A stretch of 64,000 nt of DNA from Tubulanus polymorphus (lineage: Eukaryota; Animalia; Nemertea): positions 20,050,560 to 20,114,559 of the forward strand of contig NC_134027.1 in assembly GCF_964204645.1 (NCBI RefSeq), in the 5' to 3' direction. Below are positions 12,301-23,439 of the stretch, piece by piece. Under the pieces are notes generated by a model. The model saw only the letters and a program-made list of their open reading frames with translations, was not told where the DNA came from and ran no database searches. Position numbers and translations under genes: made by a program. Each line of letters starts with the position of its first letter. The stretch's first letter is position 1.

Positions 12301-15300
12301 AAAAGGGGTGGGCTCAATTCAACCAAAACAAGGGATTTCCGAGTAGTCCTTCCAGTCTATGGATTTTACCAAGTTTATGAAGTGTGTCCGCATTCTAAAG
12401 TTTTCTTACAAAATAAACTGATTTCTGTGATTTGTAAATATGCGATAATAGAAGAAAAGTTTAATTTTGTATACTGGTATTTATCTTGCTGTAGATTCCG
12501 CCACCAGCTGTGGCTAATGTAAAAAATTTACCGCAAAGTCAAGCTTTACGCGTAGAACAAGCTCGACGTGTAACACAAGAGATGCATGAACAAGAATATC
12601 AACAAGCACTGGTGAACATCCGTGAGAAAATCCGTGAAACAGAGGGTCCTGACATGAAAGAAACAATGCAAGATCAGATCCGACAGTGGTTTATTGAATG
12701 CAGGTCAGTTCTCAATAACACGCTGACTGGACGTATCGGCCCCACTCCGCGCGGTTGCGCCACCGCGCGGGATTTACGCGAAGCAGCAAACACAAACATG
12801 GCCACTCTCTCAATTTTCAATGATAGAAATCGTGTGTGCATTTCAATTATTTTGGCTGTTAGGGTTTTAAGGCACAATATAAGTTGATGATGTGATATGG
12901 CGATGTTAATTAATGATAATTCCGCAGTGAAGCTAGTCACGAACGGTGCCGATTGAGTGTACAGCTGCCAAAAACACTGAAATGTGCGTAGTTGCGTAAC
13001 TATTTGCAGTGAATTGCAGACGAAACATGAAGCCTTAACGGCCGTTTAAAAAAAAATTAATACCAATCGTAATTGTAAAATAAAAATGAGATAGAACCTA
13101 AGTTAAAATTTTGGCCATTTCTAAAATGTTATTACTAATTTTTAGTCAGTGCCGAACGTTTAGTTTTCCAACAATAATGAGGGGTGGTAGGTAGTCATGC
13201 AATTCAAGTCATCATTTATTACACGTTACTTCCGTGTTTTTGAAAATCTCGCGAGTCCTGGACCAAACCCCATTGAACAATGTGATCTGTGTGCTGGCCA
13301 CAAATGCACACAGATCACACTACACTACCCATTACACACTCCAGTACCCACAACTTTCATATATCCATCCAAATATTTAGAGTGTCTTTCTTCCTGGATT
13401 TATTTCTTAACAGGATCACAGTTGATTTTACTTTAGACCCAGTTCCACAGTTGCAGTTTTATTTTCAATCTAGATCCAGTCACTCGGGAGGTGTGAGTTA
13501 ATTTGACTCTTTTCAAAACGCCTAGAAAGATTAGACTTAAATCTTAGCCCTTTTGGTTGTGCAGGAAGATGGAATATTCTCGTTAGAATATAACATAAGT
13601 TGGCAGAAACTTCCAAACTCAGCAATTGAAAGAGAGAGTGGATAATTTGAAATGAGTGTCAGGGATGAGAATTTCCCGCTTTTTTGTGATGAGAAATTTA
13701 GAAAAACAAGCTTTCCAAATTGTCCAGATCCATTGAGAAATTGATGGGGGGGGTTAAGGTTTGCTGTGTCTGGCATTATGCCGAGAGAAATCCCACAAGA
13801 TTGAAAAATTCTATATCAGAATTATTATTTGATTACCGGTATATTTGAGGAGCGACATTTCAGCTCAGTACGCCTGATGATGGCTAACAGTTGTTAGCGG
13901 AAACGTTACTCCTCAAATATAATCATTCGGATATAGAATTTTTCAATCTTGGCTTCGTTATTGTGGGATTTCTCTCGTTATCATCATACACGGATATTGT
14001 GTATCTTCTCGTCTAGTCTGGCATTATGTTTGGGCTCACTAGAGTATTTTAGCATGCGACAGTACATCGCCCAAAGTTTTTCGTTATGTGCTGCCATCTG
14101 GTATTGCCAATATAAACTACTGTGAAAAAATAACCAGTTCGTGCTGCCTTCTAGAATTGAAACAAGGCTGTTGAGGAAATCATGCTGGGAACCCCCACTT
14201 TGAGCTTAGTGCCAATGATGCAGTTTAGCTGCAATTTCAGTAATTAACAGAAATTTTCTTCTAAAGTCCCGCTTTTTCATAATCCCAAGTTCTCATCCCT
14301 GGAGTGTTGTCTATTGCTGATTTTATGCATTACCCTCATTAGTTGAAGACAAATTCCTTATCTGATATCCAAGAAATAATAGATTACCATACATACAATG
14401 TAGGTCAGTCCTTGTTTTTGAATTGTTTCACTTTTTAGCACGTTCGTCTGTCAACTGTTTCTTCAAATCGCTCCTAGTCCTATAGTTTTAATCAGATTAA
14501 TTCCAAATTTGGTATGAATGTTCTATGGACCAAGGCCTATAAAGTTAGAGCCATTTTTTGGATTTGTCCCCCGGGGGTGGGGTTTCTATTTCTTAAAATC
14601 GCTACTCGTCCTACAGTTTTAATCAGATCAATTCAAAATTTGGTATGAATGTTCTATGGACCATGGCCTAAAAAGTAACAGAGCCATTTTTTTGGATTCT
14701 TCCCTTGGGGGGCCCCCTTGGGATGGAGTTTCTATTTCTTCAAATACTAGTCCTACAGTTTTAATCAGATCAATTCCAAATTTGGTATGAATGTTCTATG
14801 GACCTAGGCCTATAAAGTTACAGAGCCATTTTTTGGATTCGTCCCCCAGGGGGTGCCACTTGCGGTGGAGTTTCTGTTTTCTAAAATCGCTACTCATCCT
14901 ACAGTTTTAATCAGATCAAGTCCAAATTTGGTATGAATGTTCTATGGACCAATACCTACAAAGTACAGAGACTTTTTTGGATTTGGCCAGGTATGCAGCT
15001 TCTATTTCTTCAAATCACACAGCGGAGCTATAAAAGCCGATAGGCTCCTTGTTTATCTGGTAATTCATAACCTCTCGTGTATGTAAAATTCTTGGTAATG
15101 AATAAAGATATATTACTCATATGAACTTGAAATGAATATTGTATTCAAAATTCTTCTTGTAGAGATGCTTTGGGGAAATTTCCAGAATACCCGGCGGAAG
15201 ATGAAGGAGGATCTAAGTCCATATTCCTTGAGAAAGATCCAGCTGAAGTGGAAGCGGAACTCAGAGATAAGGTATCTGTCAAACTTTTGACTTCACCGGA

Positions 15301-18300
15301 ATTTATCGGATTTGACCATTATTTAGCAAAATTATATGAAGCATCAATGTAATGTATAATACATTGTATTTGCTCTATCCATCATTGTAGTCATTGCTCA
15401 TTCATTTATCCATTTCTTCCATGCATTATCGTGTCGTTTTCTTGCGGCTAACAAAAAATAGCAACAGAATAACAATAGGAAAACGTCAAGTAGTTATTAC
15501 TCATCGTCGGATGATGTAGGTTTAATATACAGTGAACTGCTCCTAATTAGAATCAATTAGGCCCAGTGTTTTTTGGTCTCAGGTGATAATTGGAGAAAGA
15601 TAATTCAGTTGATATCATTCTAACGTTTAAGGTAATTAATTTGAGTTTGAAGGATTCTAGTTAAGAGGCAAACTAAACTGTATAAATCATTGCATGGAGT
15701 GGGCTCTTAATCCTTTCACAATGATAGCATGTTTATGTCAACTTTTTCACCATTTTTACAAGTGAGGCCTTTTTTATTACTTGGAGCTTAGATTTCTCGA
15801 GAAGAAAAATGCAGGGTCAACAGGGAAAAATTCTCATGGAGATGTAGAATTGAGAATCTTGTCATACATCGGGTGTTCATACACAATAGCTACAGTTCCT
15901 GGTTCAATAGACTGTGAAGTGAAAGATTTGTTCTTTTTATGTAATTATTTAATTTCAAAGTTGAGTCTACGAACTGGAATTGCATGAGGGCTTTCAACAT
16001 TGTTTTATGAGTTTTCACACTGCAGAGTCCATATTTCAATATAACTACTGTTGCATGCTAACACCGATATATATTGTGAAATCAATATCATGCTTGTACA
16101 CACAACTGAATAGAGCATCTGATTCTACTGGCTGCATAATTTCACAGGAAGATGGAAAAGACAAGAAAAAAGATAAAAAAGGCAAAAAAGATAAGAAAGG
16201 AAAGAAGGATAAGAAGAAAGATAAAAAGGGCAAGAAAGGAAAGAAAGGAAAAGGTGGAGATGATGAGGTAATGTATTATTGATTGTACTTTCATAGAAGT
16301 TTCACATGTACATGTGCCATACCGTGTGTAAAGTAATTTCACATATTTACATATCAGATGTACATGCACCACACTTCACGAGTAGAACATGTAAACCATC
16401 TTGCTTTACGTGTGCAAAGTACATTTTATTGGTTACTAAGTGTTTAATGGCTTGATCCCTTTGCTTGAGGCAGTATATACCTGGGGTACAGGTAATGATG
16501 ACACGTTAAATCTTAAAATCCAAATTGTGTAATAGGAAAGAAAGCCTTTTTTGCTCCTGTCCTGTGGAAAAATTGTCTACCAAAGTATGAATGTGAAAGC
16601 CCAAGCTGTCTTAAATCCAGGTTAGAAACCTGATTGTGTGTATAACAGTTTTACAAAATGCGTAGAAAAGACTTACATCAAAATGTTTTGAGAATTTTAT
16701 GTGTACCTGCAGTCTGGGTTTGGTCATCATCGGAAGAGTTGTCACATTATCACTATTTTTGAGTACCAATTTCTGTATTCTCAATTTACTCAGTTTACTC
16801 GGTGTAAGTCACCATTCGGATAGGTCAACTTAATGAAGCCACAAGTATGGCTGTTTCCAAGTGTATATACTTGTATTTACCATGCATTTATTTAGATGAT
16901 GGATGATAGTTTTTGCAGTGTGTTCTGACAGTTTCTGTATGACATGTATTCTATGTATTATGTAGGAAGAAGAAGAAGGATGGAAATTGGCCCCATCGCA
17001 ATTCGTGCTGCCGATTCAAGAAGGAACGGATACTTACAAATCGGTTTGGCAAACGCGAGACGAAAGTGAAAATTTCAGCCAGAAACACGATGCTGAACTA
17101 ATCAAAGAAGAAAAAAGAAAAGAAGTCGAAGAAGACGTTCGAATTCAAGTTGACGAATTGATGAGACAAGAGTTGAAAAATCTAAAAGCTGTAAGTTCAC
17201 TTTGTTTGTGTGAAAAGCTATGAAAAGGCTTTACATTCATAGCTTGAATGTCATGAATTTTGACCTGTTTGCTCCTCGTGAATGTGTATGTACTTAATTT
17301 AATGAATGGTCCCTTGCTGAAAATATATCTAGAATTGTTTATATATCACCACAGGCCGTCGACCGAGACAAGGGCAAGAAGGGAGGAAAGAAGGGGAAGA
17401 AATCTGGAAAAAAGAAGAAAAAGGGAAAGAAAAGTGGAAAGAAGGGAAAGAAAGGAAAGAAGGAGAAAGATTTGACCCCTGATAAGTAAGCTTACCGGCC
17501 ATGCTTGTATTATGATCACAAGAAAATTTTGGCTCAAAAGTATTAAACTTTCCTGAAGAATGGATAATGCCAACAGTATTCAAAAGGGAGTTGAATTCTA
17601 CTGATTTCAATTGATTTATGTTTGGATTTTTTAAATATTATCTAAAGGACAATAGAGGAGTTGTATGAAGAATTGGTGATGGAAGGAATAATAATTCGAC
17701 CTCCAAGACTTCAACTGTCAGACTATATCGGGGAATACAGTTATCTGGGAACGACTTTACGCCAAGCGAATATCGAGCCAATGCCTTCTCTTAGCGATGT
17801 TCGCAGACTCGTAGCTGAATTTGGAATTCTACCATTGGGTATGTTGTCATTCAACCACTTCTAACCTGTAACTGTGGGTTCAGGAAGATTTTGATTAGAG
17901 TCAAATTAAGTTTACAAGCATGTGACTGGATCTATTGTATAGTTGAAATAAATCTTCAACTGTGGAAGCACTGTATCCATAGTCAACCAACACACTTCAA
18001 ACCATAAGTTGAGTCATACCGGTACAGTAGACTTCGTTCAAGTCGAATCTTTCGGACTGTAAAATGTTTCCGACTTGAGTGATATCCGAGTTGAATGTTA
18101 TGTATTTCGTTATAGTGTCATAAAAATATTTCATAAAACATCGAGTTGAACGCTTGTCCAACTTGGGTGGGGTCTATTCTACTGTAGTAGATAATTCACC
18201 TCACTGGTTGATGCCATTCTATAGACGCTATCATCATCATTTCAGCACGGGACTTTGTTCAATGTGTTATTTCATTAATGCTTGATATAACTTCTTTACT

Positions 18301-21300
18301 TTGCAGGGTCAGCGTCAGTTCATGAGAAAGCTCCATTGATTAAATCGATCATGTTGACCGGACCTCGTGGAACTGGTAAACGTCTACTTGCGTATGCAAT
18401 GGCTAACGAAACGGGTGCCAACTTCTTCGATTTATCGCCAACTAATCTTGCAGGGAAATACCCCGGCAAAGATGGATTGAAAATGCTGATGCATCTTATT
18501 TTTAAGGTATGGGTAAATAACTTTTGGTCTGGTTGTAAGTCAAATTTGGGCCATTTTAGTCTCATTTTTCCTCGTTCAGGTTTCAAGTGGCCTTGATATC
18601 CAATCAATGTTAGCACTGTTATAGGACACATCTCAACATGGAATTCGAATTATCCAATTATTGTTGTTGTTCCAACCAGGGGAATATCCATCGTTCCGAT
18701 GAGTTTTCTTCTGCTGTCTAATTGAAATGTCATTTTATATTTTCTAGGTTGGTCGTGCTTTGCAGCCATCAATATTTTTCATTTCCGATTGCGAAAAAAT
18801 GTTTAAAAAGAAAATTCCCAAAACTGATTTGGTGAGTACAAAGTTATGTAACTTAAAAGTATGAGTGTACAAAATGTATCAGGAAAAAAAGTATCTTCAT
18901 CGTAGCCAGTTACACAGTTCTCGGTAAAATATGACTTCAGGCTGAAAATATTTTTGCAATGAACTGGTTTCAACTCTAAAGAGTCAAACTGAACCAACAA
19001 CTATGTCCTGCACCTTGTTTTACAGTTGTGAGTTAAATTTGACTAACTCTAGAGTTTAGATCAGTTATTTTCAATTTGTCAACCCTTGAGTCCACTGATA
19101 ACTCACAACTACGGAACTGGGTTTACTTAGAGATGTAAAATTCATTAAAAAATTGACGATTTATATTTGCTTCTAATCTTTAGTCGGACCCGAAGAGATT
19201 GAAAAAAGAATTACCCAAATCGATGAAAGGAGTGAAAGCAGATGATCGATTGTTATTGGTCGGATCAACTCGATGTCCGTTTGACGGAGAAATGAAACCC
19301 TTGACTTCTCTCTATCAGAAAGTGATCCTCATTCCTCGCCCTGATTATGCCTCCAGACATCGTGAGTGTTAAAATGATGATGGGGCAATAGTCGCGATCA
19401 TACAGGCATTTTTGATCCGGACCAAATTTGGCAGGTGCCCGATTAGGCTGTTCATTCCCACTGGTGCCAAATGAGTCCATGGTGGTTGATATGGCCAAAA
19501 TTCGGCCCAACTAAAAATGTGGAACAAGGCACAGGACAAATTATTCCGTGTGAATGTTAACTGGATTGAGAGTGAATGATCTTGCTTAATACCACATCGT
19601 TTTGTTAGCATTTTAGTAATAAGTGAATGATTTACATATAAACACACTCATATGAGGCACTAGCCAAATTTGACTGGCCTGATCTGGGCCAGTTCAACCC
19701 GGCTAAATTATCTCTGTGTGATTGTGGCTAAAAAATATGTCTACAAGGGGGTGGAACCAAGAATTTTTTTTTGAAGTGGGACACAACTGAAAAATATTCT
19801 TTGATATTCATAGAAGTGGACTTTAATCAGTTGTAATGATAAGAAACTGCCAAGGTATACTATTTGAGATTAGCTTCTGGGCCCAGTTGCGTAGCAGTAA
19901 CACTTCAGTCTGGTCTTAAATCATAAGCTGGTCTTATGTAAGTTAGTTTAGATTGGCTATAGAACAAAGATGGGATTAGTCATTAGCTGGACTGTGGTTT
20001 AAGTTTTAATCATAAAAGAAGTCTATCCTATTGGATCAATAACTCAGAGATGAGCCTAGATCAGTCTTAAAACTTAACTTAGTGCAACCGGCCCCTACTG
20101 CCAAAACATTGAAAATTTGACTTACCCATAATTTTCATTCATTGCTATGGTTTATGTAGGTATGATTTTAAAGGATGGTCATTCATGGAAATAGTTTGGT
20201 CCAGTACATTTGCCCATCAATGGCTGGTACAAATGCTGCTCAATGCCCGGCCAATTACAAACGATTGTTCACTCACAATTTACGAGGCATTATCAGCGTG
20301 CATGTACACCTAGTACATCCTTTCCAGCTCACTGGAAACCTATTCAGCTGAGACTTTTCACACTGCATGACATGTTTTTCCCCAGGATTTCTATTCAGTC
20401 GAAATCCCACCTCTGCATGCAGAGCAGCTGTCACATGTGCCATCCTACAGGGGTAACTCAGGAATCTCTTGGGGGGCAAAACAACTTTGATTATTCAAGG
20501 AAAATTTGAGTTCTCCAGTGCATTTTCATAGAATTTCTGATATAAGATATGACCTCCCAAGAAGGTTTCTTTGCAGCCGCTTTTTCGATTTGGGCATGAA
20601 AAGCAATGAATTGAAAAAATCTTTTACCAGTGAATTTTCATAAAGGGCATTGAAAGTAAAGGCAGTGAAAAATGGAGGGGCAAGTCATTCATTACTATTC
20701 ACAGGTTATTCATTGATAATTTATATTTTACAGTAATTTGGCGTAAATTGATAACAAAACACGGGGGAATCGTAGCGAACTCGATGGATATCAGTTCTCT
20801 AGCAAAAATAACAGACGGATACACAATGGGCCATATGGATCAGGCGTGTTCACAAGTGTTAACAGACCGTAGGATTTCGCAACAAGCGAAGAAAGCGTTA
20901 CAATCCGTTGAGTTCATTGCCCCGTTAGCCAGAATAGATCCTATTTATAAAGAAGAAGAAGAAGCGTTCAAGGTATAACTTTTTCATATTCCTAAGAAAA
21001 ATTGAACCGATAACAATGGAAATGGGTTCAGAGTTACCTCCAGTTCCACTAAACCTACACTGGTGGAATTGGGTTCCGAGTCTAATTAAAACACAACTGT
21101 GGAACGGCAGGATCTAGAGTCATATCAGACCCGCAACTGTGGATCCAGAGTCAAACCCGCTTTTTGAAATCCACGAGACTCCACACAATCCAGCCACAAG
21201 AAAATCCATAACTGTAGAACTGAAATCAAATCACGTTGATACCAGTTATAAAAACCAACTTATGTAATATTATGGTTTGGTTTTTTTTAGGGTTGGTACG

Positions 21301-21428
21301 CCAAGACACCTCTTGGTAAGAAGCGTGCAAAGGCAGCTCAAGGGGATGATGAAGACGGTGGTGGTGGGGGCAAGGGTAAAAAGGGAAAGAAGGGCAAAAA
21401 AGGAAAGAAAGGAAAGAAGAAGAAATAA
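3302..21428 (+). CDS. IQCA1: IQ and AAA domain-containing protein 1 (dynein regulatory complex subunit 11)
   Basis: GT-AG exons with consistent phase: 3302-3312, 5828-5918, 6717-6953, 7452-7571, 7838-8029, [9892-9963 and/or 10509-10580], 12495-12703, 15163-15271, 16148-16267, 16966-17190, 17355-17485, 17648-17838, 18307-18506, 18748-18831, 19184-19361, 20734-20972, 21291-21428 (TAA). Peptides [78 protein letters not shown] and [11 protein letters not shown] match vertebrate IQCA1 as I recall it. Confidence 0.95.
3440..4144. mobile_element. Foldback-type non-autonomous DNA transposon in IQCA1 intron 1
   Basis: About 130-bp near-perfect inverted arms (3452-3580 vs 4010-4139) plus an inner inverted pair CAGCCAGAAAGTTGGGACAGTCACGTGAC (3706-3734 vs 3978-4006). 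No clear TSD. Confidence 0.8.
4170..4680. mobile_element. MITE with clustered subterminal GTCAAAACGTCCTC repeats
   Basis: About five forward copies at 4180-4281 and three inverted copies (GAGGACGTTTTGAC) at 4628-4672. Confidence 0.7.
8723..8992 (+). repeat. Diverged two-copy tandem duplication of about 140 bp
   Basis: CCTCTCAGTCATTTTCAATTTCAATGA...GCTGGGCCCTGTATAA...GAATTGACCAAGGC occurs twice in tandem. Confidence 0.85.
9892..9963 (+). CDS. IQCA1: IQCA1 alternative exon 6a (second half of the IQ motif)
   Basis: ttacag|ATG...ATG|gtgggt, 72 nt, phase 0-0, encodes [24 protein letters not shown]. Confidence 0.85.
10509..10580 (+). CDS. IQCA1: IQCA1 alternative exon 6b (paralogue of exon 6a)
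   Basis: ttttcag|ATA...ATG|gtaaaa, 72 nt, phase 0-0, encodes [24 protein letters not shown]. Confidence 0.85.
11325..12187. mobile_element. Kolobok-like MITE
   Basis: TTAA|AGGGTAACTGACA ... TGTCACTTACCCT|TTGA: 13-bp TIR with one mismatch and a degenerate TTAA TSD. Confidence 0.55.
13219..13400 (+). repeat. Interspersed repeat, copy 1 of 2
   Basis: Nearly identical to the reverse complement of 63262-63441; this explains the similar track ORFs 13197-13436 and 63200-63529. Confidence 0.85.
13660..14301. mobile_element. hAT-like MITE with a 6-bp TSD (hAT6-type), hosting a nested retro-insertion
   Basis: GAGTGT|CAGGGATGAGAA ... TTCTCATCCCTG|GAGTGT. Confidence 0.75.
13781..14015 (+). mobile_element. 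Penelope-like retroelement remnant: palindrome around a hammerhead core, with a 13-bp TSD
   Basis: Direct repeat GTCTGGCATTATG at 13768-13780 and 14016-14028. Long imperfect inverted arms (about 13782-13860 vs 13900-13977). Core CTGATGA-T-GGCTAAC-agtt-GTTAGCG-GAAACGTTA at 13874-13908. Confidence 0.75.
14432..15053 (+). mobile_element. Helentron-associated interspersed element (HINE/DINE-1-like) with four internal tandem repeats of about 130-150 bp
   Basis: Starts TTTTTAGC followed by a CGTTCGTCTGTC microsatellite remnant; repeated TACAGTTTTAATCAGATCAATTCCAAATTTGGTATGAATGTTCTATGGACC; 3' hairpin AGCC-gata-GGCT then CTTGTT. Confidence 0.7.
19391..19728. mobile_element. PIF/Harbinger-like MITE, copy 1 of 2
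   Basis: Termini GTCGCGATCATAC...GTGTGATTGTGGC; homologous to 22320-22634. Confidence 0.55.
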
Positions 21429-21859
21429 GCAATTACTACAATTTATGCAAAATGTTTATTTTTTTTCTAAACTTCCTCATTGCTGCGATAGTTCAATAAC
21501 TTGTGAAGAAAATATGAATTTGATGAAATTTTTCAATCAAACAATAAATAGTCCATCATTTTATACTTGAGTAAATTGCTGATTAATTCCGTCCTAAACA
21601 TGTTTTTCATCTATTCATGTTATTAATGAGTTACACTCTGTGATAAACGTCTGCCCATTTTTAATGTTAATTTTAAGCAGACATGTTTTGTTTTTCATTC
21701 AGTTTGTGATGATTCAATTATTTTGTAAATAAATTTTACTATACACGTACTGGTATTTTATTCTGGTAATTTGGATTTCTCAGGTTGGATGATTCTGAAC
21801 CCGATTCCTGGAAGTTTTTGTTTGGCCATTTCTATCTATATTGGTACCATTGTAATACT

Positions 21860-22103
21860 CAGGGGTGGATCCAGGGGCAGGACTTCGACAGGATCACACT
21901 GAAAAGGTTACCGTTCACTGTTTAAAAGGGCACGTATTTACACACGAGTGAGCATGAAGCCAAAGGGGTCTGGAAAATTTTGAAATTTAAAGCAATTTCC
22001 AGTACCTTTCAGTGAGATTTAAAAGGTATCTAAAGAAAAATGTGTAATATTTTTTCTGAAGAGCGCTGGACAATTGTAAGCACATGCTCCAGGATCTGCC
22101 CTG
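21860..22103. mobile_element. hAT-like MITE with a 5-bp TSD (hAT5-type)
   Basis: ATACT|CAGGGGTGGATCC ... GGATCTGCCCTG|ATACT. Confidence 0.65.
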
Positions 22104-22319
22104 ATACTATACCATGTATTGGTAGGTACACTGCCTAAATTGGTTCCTTCGTCTGAGATGATTATTGATAGTCATTGGTTCCTATCATATGTGAAGTTGA
22201 TTGTCACGAGCAATGTCAGAGCTTGATGGTACAGTTCAGTAGGTCACTCTTCCTTGGTTCACTCCGTAAACTGCGCTGCTGTAGTCATACTCAATATATG
22301 TCTGATTTGATCAGTTATA

Positions 22320-22634
22320 GCCACGATCACAAGCATTTTTGGCCCGGGCCAAATATGGCCAGGAACAACTGTTCACATGCATGCCAAATAATGGGCCCGA
22401 CTGAAAACGTTGTACCAGGCCTGAGCCAAATTTTAGCACGAGACAAATGATTGCGTTTGAATTGCAACTGGTACCGCAAATGACCCACTTCGCTTTGTTT
22501 GATCATTGTTAAGCATTGAGTGACTAGTTTGTATGTGAACACATTCTCTAATTAGGCACACGTGTGTGTAATTTGACTTGAGCCTGATCCATGCCAATTT
22601 GGCTAGGGCCAAATTGTCTCAGTGTGATCGCGGC
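22320..22634. mobile_element. PIF/Harbinger-like MITE, copy 2 of 2
   Basis: Termini GCCACGATCACA...TGTGATCGCGGC; interior similar to 19391-19728. Confidence 0.6.
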
Positions 22635-23439
22635 TTATCTCTGGGGCTTTGTCCGACTAAATAACTTAACCATCATCCAGGGTTTAGCTTATTCAAATAT
22701 AAACTTGGCCCCTGGGGCATGAAAAAATTTAACATTCAAATAGATTTAATGTATTCATTGATTTGTAAGTGGGCTTTGTGAGAAATCCAATCATGGAACT
22801 GAACCACAGACAGATTATTGATTAGCTGCCAAGGAGACACTTGCGCACCGAAGACTTAAGGCTAAAAAAATTGATAGCCTGTGTCTCCTTTCTGCTGAGC
22901 TTAAAAGCCGACTCAGCCGGCCACCTTTCTACCCTGTACATTACTTTTTTAAAAATCAGGTGGAGCTAACCAAAAGAGACCTGGCAGCTATAGAAATGAA
23001 CTGGTTTATTTTTGGTTGAAATATGTATTTATTACATATTTTAACCATAAATGACCAGTCAGTTTTGGCGAAATAAGGTACCATTATTTTTAGCTTGAGA
23101 TTGACGACTACAGGAGACTCTGCCCACCTCAAATCTCACTTTATTACGGATAATTCGAGGCAATCGAATCCGGGAAAAAAACACTGCTGATCTATTTTGG
23201 TTCTATAGCCTACAAATTAACTTAAAAACAATTCAAGATAGCTTTTAGGTTCAATTCATAACTGTGCAACTCAATCACCCCTGACGTTTGTACTTGGAAC
23301 AACAGTCTGGCAATTAACCAAGAGCATTATTATATTGCATACGTGTATTCCATTGCCACCTTCACAGCTGGTGCATTTTAGTCAGCCACATATGGTGTTA
23401 CCGTCCATCCAACAACTTCAATTTAAGTAACATATATCA

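Noticed and set aside
13197-13436. Cys/His-containing ORF present twice in the window (also 63200-63529)
   Set aside because: The similarity is confined to a roughly 180-bp dispersed repeat, and the ORF starts and ends differ between copies.
18358-18800. Non-canonical Walker A (GPRGTGKR) and Walker B (IFFISDCE) in IQCA1
   Set aside because: Similar degeneracy occurs in vertebrate IQCA1 as I recall it (GPSGVGKK, VVWIEDTE); a family trait, not a novelty.
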